Source: Candidatus Brocadia sp.
GTDB lineage: Bacteria > Planctomycetota > Brocadiia > Brocadiales > Brocadiaceae
NCBI GenBank assembly: GCA_021650915.1
Contig: CP091279.1
Span: 1,980,001-2,012,000 of the forward strand
DNA length: 32,000 nt
Direction of reading: 5' to 3'
Shown here: positions 24,637-32,000 of the stretch, piece after piece
Position numbering within the stretch: the first letter of the stretch is position 1
How the letters are laid out: each line of letters begins with the position of its first letter
Translations under genes and position numbers: made by a program
The notes under the pieces: generated by a model
Database searches by the model: none
What the model was told of the DNA's origin: nothing
The model's input: the letters and a program-made list of their open reading frames with translations, nothing else

Positions 24637-25894
24637 ATGGATAGAGCCCTCGCACGGAGATTGCGTCCGCTATCCTTTTTATTGCGATTGACATAGCGGC
24701 AGTACGCATGCTCAATTTCTTTTCCTGGGCAAACGCGTGTACCGCTTCGTAGGTGCGGTCCAGGATATTCTTAAGTTTTTCATTCACCTCATGCTCACAC
24801 CAGAAATAGCACTGCACGTCCTGTACCCACTCGAAATAGGAAACAATCACGCCGCCCGCATTCGCCAGAATATCAGGAATAACGGGTATTTTGCGTTCAT
24901 TTAATCGCCGATCTGCCTCTATCGTTGTGGGCCCATTGGCGCCCTCAACAATGAGCTTTGCCCGGATTCTGTCCGCATTCTCTTTGGTAATCTGATTACT
25001 CATCGCCGCCGGCACCAGCACGTCACACGGCAACTCCAGCAACGACTCATTGGTTATCCCTTCGGCGCGGGGAAAGCGGTCAAAGGAACCGCTTTCCTGA
25101 TAATGTTTTAAGAGGGCATGATGATCAAGCCCCTTTGGATTATAGATCCCCCCTTTGGAGCTGCTTACGGCAACAATTCTGCATCCCATTTCACTGAGGA
25201 ATTTCCCAACGGCTGACCCTACATTTCCATACCCCTGAATTACTACCTTAAGGTTTTTTGGGTTCATTTTCTTATATCTGGTGGCATTCGCAATCGTGTG
25301 GGCAATGCCAAGACCCGTTGCATCCGTCCTTCCCAAAGAGCCACCAACATTAATGGGTTTACCGGTAACGATTCCCGGTGTACAATAGCCATTATTTATG
25401 CTGTAGGTGTCCATCATCCATGCCATAATCTGCTCATTGGTATTGACGTCAGGGGCCGGGATATCCTTTTCGATTCCGATAATGGGCATGATTGCATACG
25501 TATAACGGCGGGTAAGCCTCTCCAGTTCGCCTTTTGAAAGGGTCTTGGGGTTGCAAACAATGCCACCCTTCGCGCCTCCAAACGGCACACCAGCCAGAGA
25601 GCACTTCCACGTCATTTCCATTGCCAGCGCCTTTAAGTCATCGAAGGTAAGTTCCGGATGATACCGTATGCCACCCTTATAAGGACCGCGCGCCGCATTG
25701 TGCTGTACCCGGAATCCGGTAAATACCTTCAGAGAACCATCATCCATCCGTATCGGAACGGAAACGGTTAGCGCCCGGTCAAAATTTCTGAGCACCTGGC
25801 TTATGTCCACGGAAAGCGACATGAGTTTTGCCACCTGATCAAATTGTGCCAATGCCGTTTCCCAGGCATTTGGTGTCGCAGCGTTTTGCCGCAT
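24635..25894 (-). CDS. gdhA: NAD(P)-dependent glutamate dehydrogenase
   Basis: 419 aa. Contains KGGIRYHPELTFDDLKALAMEMTWKCSLAGVPFGGAKGG and the Rossmann motif VVIQGYGNVGS. Confidence 0.92.
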   Translation of the reverse strand: MRQNAATPNAWETALAQFDQVAKLMSLSVDISQVLRNFDRALTVSVPIRMDDGSLKVFTGFRVQHNAARGPYKGGIRYHPELTFDDLKALAMEMTWKCSLAGVPFGGAKGGIVCNPKTLSKGELERLTRRYTYAIMPIIGIEKDIPAPDVNTNEQIMAWMMDTYSINNGYCTPGIVTGKPINVGGSLGRTDATGLGIAHTIANATRYKKMNPKNLKVVIQGYGNVGSAVGKFLSEMGCRIVAVSSSKGGIYNPKGLDHHALLKHYQESGSFDRFPRAEGITNESLLELPCDVLVPAAMSNQITKENADRIRAKLIVEGANGPTTIEADRRLNERKIPVIPDILANAGGVIVSYFEWVQDVQCYFWCEHEVNEKLKNILDRTYEAVHAFAQEKKLSMRTAAMSIAIKRIADAISVRGLYP

Positions 25895-26007
25895 AGAGTC
25901 CTGCCTTTTTCAAAATGATTACAATGGTTTTCGTGAATATCGTGAGTATACGTTAGCAGTTTACCGTCCTTATGGTTACGCCAGAGTCGCGCCTCAACCG
26001 TCAAACC

Positions 26008-26529
26008 TTAAGTGCCCTTCACGCCGGAATAATCAGCAACCCATTTTTCTACGCTGGCATTTTCCAGGTTGTAGAAATTCATTACGGTCAAGGGAGGAAA
26101 ATAGATATTAATCATCACTAATCCCTCTGAGTGGGCATTGGATACGCGGTGAATGGTGGTAAGGTTTACGCAGGAAAATTCCTCCGTCTGAAACCTGCGG
26201 GTAAAGGTTGAGACAATCATACCAGTGGGTTGCCTATCGAACAACTCCTCTGTCATGGTGCCCTGACGTATGATGGTAACGCCAATCGAATCGCCATGAT
26301 CATGGATTGGGGTATGTTGCCCCGTCTGAAAGCAGAGCACGGAAATTTCACACCTGCTGCTGACATGAACGACATTCCTCTTGTACCCCTGCTCTGAAAA
26401 ATTTACATACTCGTCAATAGACACCTGCCTTCCATCCATTTCCCGCAAACATTTTTTTAATCCATCATGGGATGGGTTATCCGGCAACGATTCCAGGCGA
26501 TTGATGAATGCTCTTAAATTGATATCCAT
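26008..26529 (-). CDS. Cysteine dioxygenase type I-like cupin protein
   Basis: 173 aa. Contains CFQTGQHTPIHDHGDSIGV...IHRVSNAHSEGLVMINIYFPPL, the CDO_I-like cupin pattern. Confidence 0.6.
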   Translation of the reverse strand: MDINLRAFINRLESLPDNPSHDGLKKCLREMDGRQVSIDEYVNFSEQGYKRNVVHVSSRCEISVLCFQTGQHTPIHDHGDSIGVTIIRQGTMTEELFDRQPTGMIVSTFTRRFQTEEFSCVNLTTIHRVSNAHSEGLVMINIYFPPLTVMNFYNLENASVEKWVADYSGVKGT

Positions 26530-26531
26530 CC

Positions 26532-27584
26532 TTAAAAACCCACCGGCACCCGGGGAAAGGTAAGTGGCGCGCTCTGGTATGTGATCTGCACCAATTCTCC
26601 CGTCAGCGCCTTCATAAACTCAATCAGATCACTGGCCTCCTGTCCGGTCAAATTCAGGGCATGAATGTCAGCGCTTTTGTTTTCACTTCTCCCACCTCCG
26701 CCGTTATAAAACTGGACTACCTCAAACAACGTAGGAAAAAACCCGTTATGCATATAGGGGCCTGTTTCGGTAATATTCCTCAGGGTGGGTGTCTTGAATG
26801 CCCCTTTATCAGACTCGTTCCTGGTAACGTTGTACCGTCCCAAATCTTCTTTGAGTGGCCCATCTGCAGGCACTCCGATATTATGAAATTTATTGTCAGT
26901 AAAATTTGGTCCGTTATGGCATTTGATACACTCTGCCTTGCCCTGAAACAAATCCATACCACGCCGCGCCGATTCGCTCATCGCATGCACATCCCCTTGC
27001 ATATAGCGGTCAAAAGGAGCATTTGCAAATACAATAGTTCGTTCAAATGCGGCAATTGCCTTGGCAATACCGTCAGCGGTGACACCGGTCCCAAACACCT
27101 CCTGAAACGCCTTGACATACTCAGGAATTCCGCTGAGCTTTCGTACGACATTATCAAGTGTTTCAAACATCTCATTCGGATTCTGAATAGGGCCCAGCGC
27201 CTGTTCTTCTAAGGTAGCCGCCCGGCCATCCCAAAACTGGAATTCATTATAGGCGGTATTCATGACCGTAGGAGAGTGCCTTCCGCCTTCCTTTGACGCC
27301 GGACCGCCCAGCATCCTGGGCAAGCCGTCTGCAAAGCCCAAAACCGGGTTATGACAGGTAGCGCAACTGATCCAGTTATTTCCGGAAAGCCGGGGATCAA
27401 AATAGAGCTGCTTGCCCAACGCGACCTTTGCCTCGGTTTGCGGATTATCCGCCGGTATGGTTACCGGAGGCAGGGGTCCGATGGGAGGAAAAAGCGGGAA
27501 ATCACCGGCGTAAATTCCCTGTATTGTTAAAACCAGTCTGGCAACACCACAAAAAAATGATTTTGCAATTCTTATCCTGTTCAT
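26532..27584 (-). CDS. Di-haem cytochrome c peroxidase (CCP/MauG family)
   Basis: Two CxxCH motifs in family context (CATCHNPVLGFADG; CIKCHNGPNFTDNKFHNIG). I chose the ATG at 27584 (MNRIRIAK..., GGGAGG RBS, signal-like N-terminus) over the longer ORF-track start, which overlaps the SDR gene. Confidence 0.85.
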   Translation of the reverse strand: MNRIRIAKSFFCGVARLVLTIQGIYAGDFPLFPPIGPLPPVTIPADNPQTEAKVALGKQLYFDPRLSGNNWISCATCHNPVLGFADGLPRMLGGPASKEGGRHSPTVMNTAYNEFQFWDGRAATLEEQALGPIQNPNEMFETLDNVVRKLSGIPEYVKAFQEVFGTGVTADGIAKAIAAFERTIVFANAPFDRYMQGDVHAMSESARRGMDLFQGKAECIKCHNGPNFTDNKFHNIGVPADGPLKEDLGRYNVTRNESDKGAFKTPTLRNITETGPYMHNGFFPTLFEVVQFYNGGGGRSENKSADIHALNLTGQEASDLIEFMKALTGELVQITYQSAPLTFPRVPVGF

Positions 27585-27615
27585 CTCGATAAACCTCCCT
27601 TCATGGAAATGGTAA

Positions 27616-28380
27616 TTAATGCGCAGAAAAACCGCCGTCCACACAGAGCACCTGTCCGGTAATATAATCAGATGCCCTTGATGCCAGAAATACAACTGCG
27701 CCCGAAAGGTCGGCAGGTTTGCCAATTCTCTTGAGCGGTATTCTGGAAAGGATGATGTTCTTTACCTTTTCATTCTCCAGCATGCTCTTCGTCAGATCCG
27801 TCTCCAGGGTATAGGGGGCAAGGGCATTTACCGTGACATGGTATTTTGCCCATTCCATGGCCAGCGCTCGCGTCAACTGGATTACCCCGCCCTTGCTTGC
27901 ACAATATGCTGCAGAACTGCCGGCGCCAAACAGCCCCAGGACAGAACTCACATTGATGATTTTCCCCTGCTGCCGTCCGACCATGTGCTTCCCCACCGCC
28001 TGTGAACACAGATAGGTGCTGGTGAGATTAATCTCCATCATCTTGTGCCAATTCTCCAGGGAAAATTCAAGAAACGGGCCGCCAAGAAAGGTGCCGACGT
28101 TATTGACCAGGATATCAATCGTTTTCAATTCCGCCAGAACTTTTTCTACCATCATATTTACCTCTTCCTGGCGGGTAACGTCCGCAACGATGGGTATTGA
28201 CTGTACGCCGTTATCCTGAATCTCATGTGCCGTGGTTTCAAGATCGGATCGCGTGCGACTCACCACGGCTACATGGGCGCCTGATTCAGAGAGCGCCAGG
28301 GCCATCGATTTTCCCAGCCCCTTTCCGGCGCCGGTGACCAACGCAACTTTATCACGCAGACTAAATAATTCAACACACAT
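27616..28380 (-). CDS. Short-chain dehydrogenase/reductase (FabG-like)
   Basis: 254 aa. Contains TGAGKGLG, NNVG, and the catalytic S...YCASK motif. Confidence 0.85.
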   Translation of the reverse strand: MCVELFSLRDKVALVTGAGKGLGKSMALALSESGAHVAVVSRTRSDLETTAHEIQDNGVQSIPIVADVTRQEEVNMMVEKVLAELKTIDILVNNVGTFLGGPFLEFSLENWHKMMEINLTSTYLCSQAVGKHMVGRQQGKIINVSSVLGLFGAGSSAAYCASKGGVIQLTRALAMEWAKYHVTVNALAPYTLETDLTKSMLENEKVKNIILSRIPLKRIGKPADLSGAVVFLASRASDYITGQVLCVDGGFSAH

Positions 28381-28463
28381 ATTCTATCCTCCCCGTTTCT
28401 TATTGCATGAGTATCTTCAGATTCTGCCCCATCCGGTGCATTTCTGCCCTTTTTACCCAACTC

Positions 28464-29318
28464 TTACCTGGCAAGAACTTCGCGCAGGTAGTAATTTACC
28501 TGGCGCACCTCAAAATCATTTAACAATAATGGGTCAAAGGACCTCATCAACTCGACCGTTTTGACCCATTCCGCCGGCGTTTTCCGGGCGGTAAATACCC
28601 GCTCAATGGTATGGCACGTGTGGCATTTTTCCAAAATAATTCTCATGCCCACCTGGATATCCATCTTCGTTTCATCAATTCCCAGGTTTTTCACTAAGTA
28701 ACCCAGGGCGTTCAATGCCTCCCGGTCATTCATGAACGCAGGGTCTTTCGCGCGCATGCGCGCTACGTAATCCCGCCAATCAGCCTCCGATTTAACATGG
28801 GCATACACCCTTTCCAGCGAATGACAGATAACGCATTTCTGCCGGACGATCTCTCGTCCGATGCGGATATTGACCCGCACCAGCCTTCCCTTATCAGAAA
28901 GGGCAATGTATTGGCTCCTGATTGTGGAAATAAGATACAATCCCGCATGGAGGGGAATCTGCAAAAACACGGCAATCATCAGGATCACACCGTAAACCGG
29001 AAGGCTCTTATAAAACTTTTTATAGAATCTGGCAATACCTATCTTGATAATGATCAAAGGAAGAATAGCGATACCGATATAGGCATGAATAGCCGCTTTT
29101 GGCGGTAAGACACTCAATCCTTCGAGTTTTTGAAACATGACAACACTAAGAAACAGATAGAGGGAAAAAAACAGATACCCGCTGATCCGATGCACCCAGC
29201 GAAAGTATCTTCCATGACTGGTGTCATGCCTGTTCAGCAGGGTGAGGATGTGCGTTGAGGCAACAATACCAATACCCAGCAAAACAAATGACAATACGGA
29301 ATTCATCATCGGCGTCAT
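28464..29318 (-). CDS. Membrane-anchored di-haem c-type cytochrome with a duplicated haem-binding module
   Basis: The N-terminal half has about 5 hydrophobic helices. The C-terminal half has two similar ~60-aa modules: KCVICHSLERVYAHVKSEADWRDYVARMRAK... and KCHTCHTIERVFTARKTPAEWVKTVELMRSF.... Confidence 0.65.
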   Translation of the reverse strand: MTPMMNSVLSFVLLGIGIVASTHILTLLNRHDTSHGRYFRWVHRISGYLFFSLYLFLSVVMFQKLEGLSVLPPKAAIHAYIGIAILPLIIIKIGIARFYKKFYKSLPVYGVILMIAVFLQIPLHAGLYLISTIRSQYIALSDKGRLVRVNIRIGREIVRQKCVICHSLERVYAHVKSEADWRDYVARMRAKDPAFMNDREALNALGYLVKNLGIDETKMDIQVGMRIILEKCHTCHTIERVFTARKTPAEWVKTVELMRSFDPLLLNDFEVRQVNYYLREVLAR

Positions 29319-29467
29319 GATGTCTCTTTCACCTTAGGCTGCCTTTGATATCGACAGTGTCTTTTAACTCCCTCAATCCAGGACGACCAGACTGGTCGCT
29401 CTACAGGGACCGAAGGGAGGTATGAAAGGCGCTTTTGCGCAAGCGTTTGAAACTTGGTAGCATGAAA

Positions 29468-30685
29468 CTATTTCAGCAAGCCTTTGAAATCAAAGTCCGG
29501 CTCCAATATCTCTTCTTTATAGCTGCTGATGTCTATCTTTTTTTCCATAAGCTGGGCCAGATCGTGCGCGCTTTTGTTATCACCCAGAAGAATTGCACCC
29601 ACAATTATTCCCTCTTTTAAAAAGAGCTCTTTATAAAGAAAGGTCTCCGGATTCTTTCGTTTGATTTGTTCAACGTCCTTGCCTTCTTTGAGGATATCAC
29701 CCAGAGAAGTAAGACGAATACCTGCCACTTTCAGGGTTGTTGATGGCACGGTGCCCGTATAAATTTCATCCCCGCCGGACATATTTATTCCGGCAACGAC
29801 CCCTTGTCGTTGTGCAGCCGGCCAGATTCCGTATACCCGTCCTTTATGCTCTGCAGCGTCTCCTGCTGCATATACGCCGGGAACATTCGTTTCCATACGG
29901 TTATCCACCAGGATGCCTTTATTTACCGATATGCCTGCTGTTTTAGCCAGGGTAATGTTTGGCGCAATCCCTGCGGAAACCAGGATAAAATCGCTTTCAA
30001 TAATCCTTCCGTCGGCTAACTCAAGGATTTTTGTCTGTCCTTTCTCATAGATGCGTTTTGATTTGGCGCCCAAAATGAAGGTAAGTCCCATACCCTCCAT
30101 CTGTTTCTGCAACATTGCAGCGCCTTCTCCATTCAATTGCCGGGGAAGCAGCCGATCGAACATTTCAATAATGGTAACGGAGACGCCCAGCTTTCTGAGC
30201 CCGTTTCCTGCCTCAATCCCGAGCAATCCACCTCCAATGAGGGTAACTTTTTTTGCACCCGTGGTACGATGTGAAATAGTCAGTGTGTCTTCTACCGAGC
30301 GCAGGGTAAAGACTCCTTCGGCAGTGGTAATCCCCTCAATGGGGGGAAGAACACCGCTGCTGCCCGTTGCCAATAACAGTTTGTTATAGGTAAAAATCGA
30401 CCCGTCCGCTAACGTAATCGTTTTATTTCTGGAATCGATCTCTTTCACGACGCTGTTGAGGTACAGATGGATTTTGTTTTTGTGATACCACGCAAGGTTG
30501 TAGACAAAAAATGCCTCAAGCGCAACCTCTCCTGCCAATAACTCTGGTATTCTGGGCCTGGAATAAAAGGGATAATACTCCCGCGTGAAAATCATTATCT
30601 CGGCACAGGGGTCTCTTTTACGGATGTTCTTTGCCGCTTCTGTTCCAGCTACGCCGTTACCAACGATGATATATTCTGTATTCAC
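29468..30685 (-). CDS. FAD/NAD(P)-dependent pyridine nucleotide-disulfide-family oxidoreductase
   Basis: 405 aa. N-terminal FAD motif IIVGNGVAGTEAA, second dinucleotide motif VTLIGGGLLGIEAG, and GVYAAGDAAE. Confidence 0.8.
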   Translation of the reverse strand: MNTEYIIVGNGVAGTEAAKNIRKRDPCAEIMIFTREYYPFYSRPRIPELLAGEVALEAFFVYNLAWYHKNKIHLYLNSVVKEIDSRNKTITLADGSIFTYNKLLLATGSSGVLPPIEGITTAEGVFTLRSVEDTLTISHRTTGAKKVTLIGGGLLGIEAGNGLRKLGVSVTIIEMFDRLLPRQLNGEGAAMLQKQMEGMGLTFILGAKSKRIYEKGQTKILELADGRIIESDFILVSAGIAPNITLAKTAGISVNKGILVDNRMETNVPGVYAAGDAAEHKGRVYGIWPAAQRQGVVAGINMSGGDEIYTGTVPSTTLKVAGIRLTSLGDILKEGKDVEQIKRKNPETFLYKELFLKEGIIVGAILLGDNKSAHDLAQLMEKKIDISSYKEEILEPDFDFKGLLK

Positions 30686-30730
30686 CTTGTCATCCTCTTC
30701 CTCACGCCAACGAAAAATTGCAGACCATCC

Positions 30731-31810
30731 CTACCGGCCAAAACTAATCCCTATCGATTCCGCAACTTTTACCAATCCATCCTCCGTTGGCACCGTTTTC
30801 TGGCCTTGAGCGACATCGCTGAAGGGAACCGATTCAATCCTTTTTCCCCGTAAACAGACCATCTCGCCAAATCGTTTCCTGGCAATCAGGTCAACCGCGG
30901 CTACCCCAAATTGAGTTGAAAGAATGCGATCAAAAGCACAGGGAGAACCCCCTCGCTGCAAGTGGCCCAGGACGGTCACGCGCACCTCCATGCCATAATT
31001 GCCGATACTCGCCCCAACCTTATTCCCGATACCGCCCAGGCGTTCAGCGCCGCCACCTGCTTCTGCACAATGTAGTACAGTAACATCTCCTCCGACAGGC
31101 CTTGCTCCTTCCGACACAACTACAATATTCGACCTGTTGCCGCCTTTTTTGCGATCCATAATCTTCTGCCCCACCTTTTCAATGTCAAAGGGGATTTCTG
31201 GAATAAGAATCACGTCTGCTCCGCCACCTATGCCAGTTTCCAAGGCAATCCAGCCCACATACCGACCCATGACCTCAACCACCATAACCCGGTGATGGCT
31301 TTCTGCGGTGGTGTGTAACCGATCGAGGGCGTCCGTAACCGTTTGTACCGCGGTATGAAATCCAAAGGTAACATCCGTGGCCAGGATATCATTGTCGATG
31401 GTCTTGGGCACCCCAACGACCGGACAGCCGAGCTTAAACAATTCGTTAGCAATCTTCAGCGTGCCATCACCGCCAATAACAATCAGGGCGTCCAACTCCA
31501 TCGATTGGATGTTGTTCATCACCTCACGGGAAACATCCTGCACTTCAGGCTTTCCATCTTTCATGACTTTATATTCAAAGGGATTTGACCTGTTCGTTGT
31601 ACCCAGAATAGTCCCGCCAATCGGGAGAATTCCCCGGATGTTCCATGGGGTTAATTCCCGCGATTTATTCGGCAAAATGAGCCCGTCAAAACCGTCCTCA
31701 ATTCCAATGATTTTATAGTTGTACTTTACCGAAGCTGTTTTAACAACGGCACGGATCACGGCATTCAGTCCCGGACAATCGCCTCCGCCTGTTAATACAC
31801 CAACTTTCAT
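30731..31810 (-). CDS. pfk: 6-phosphofructokinase (ATP- or PPi-dependent)
   Basis: Contains MKVGVLTGGGDCPGLNAVIR, IGGDGT, PKTIDND, MGRYVGW, GHLQRGG. I chose the start at 31810 over the 29-codon longer ORF-track start. Confidence 0.9.
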   Translation of the reverse strand: MKVGVLTGGGDCPGLNAVIRAVVKTASVKYNYKIIGIEDGFDGLILPNKSRELTPWNIRGILPIGGTILGTTNRSNPFEYKVMKDGKPEVQDVSREVMNNIQSMELDALIVIGGDGTLKIANELFKLGCPVVGVPKTIDNDILATDVTFGFHTAVQTVTDALDRLHTTAESHHRVMVVEVMGRYVGWIALETGIGGGADVILIPEIPFDIEKVGQKIMDRKKGGNRSNIVVVSEGARPVGGDVTVLHCAEAGGGAERLGGIGNKVGASIGNYGMEVRVTVLGHLQRGGSPCAFDRILSTQFGVAAVDLIARKRFGEMVCLRGKRIESVPFSDVAQGQKTVPTEDGLVKVAESIGISFGR

Positions 31811-32000
31811 TGCATACCGCCCCCTTTTATAGAATAATTTGCATAACACAATAGACAACAACTGCCCCTTTGCCCTTTTTTCTATGGAAACCGACAAAGA
31901 CGGGAATTGTTATAGCCGGTCTTTTTGGACGGAGGCATGTCTTTTATACCCTGACCCGAACCGTTTGAAAAGACAAAGTCCGAAGCACAAAATTCCTGCA

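Overview
32-kb window from a moderately low-GC bacterial genome. The cytochrome-rich, FG-GAP/TPR/DUF1566-rich gene content looks like an uncultivated environmental bacterium, but the taxon cannot be established from the window. Two near-identical inverted copies of one insertion sequence sit at 1-1742 (minus strand, cut by the window edge) and about 12654-14520 (plus strand). The IS encodes an ISAs1-type DDE transposase with an N-terminal DUF4338/DruA-like domain, and both copies carry the same homopolymer frameshift. They bracket a 10.9-kb segment containing a helix-rich non-coding region, a secreted FG-GAP/VCBS-repeat protein, tex, a SagB-type nitroreductase, and a co-oriented gene run. That run is a group-II-intron-like reverse transcriptase, cas1, cas2, DUF2000, a BacA-like prephenate decarboxylase-fold protein and a very AT-rich cupin gene. 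I found no CRISPR array and no Cas effector gene anywhere in the window, which is the most unusual aspect. The RT-Cas1-Cas2 module also has a YADN motif in place of YADD, a single in-frame TGA between RT and Cas1, and a clamped stem-loop element just upstream. The right half holds a TPR protein, a GIY-YIG protein, pepF, a seven-repeat FG-GAP protein, a DUF1566 protein, an intergenic group II intron with a frameshifted maturase/RT, and a GT-C-like membrane protein. It ends with gdh, a minus-strand redox operon (FAD oxidoreductase, membrane di-haem cytochrome c, SDR, di-haem cytochrome c peroxidase, CDO-like cupin) and a phosphofructokinase. All protein family calls rest on motif recognition by eye, not on database searches.
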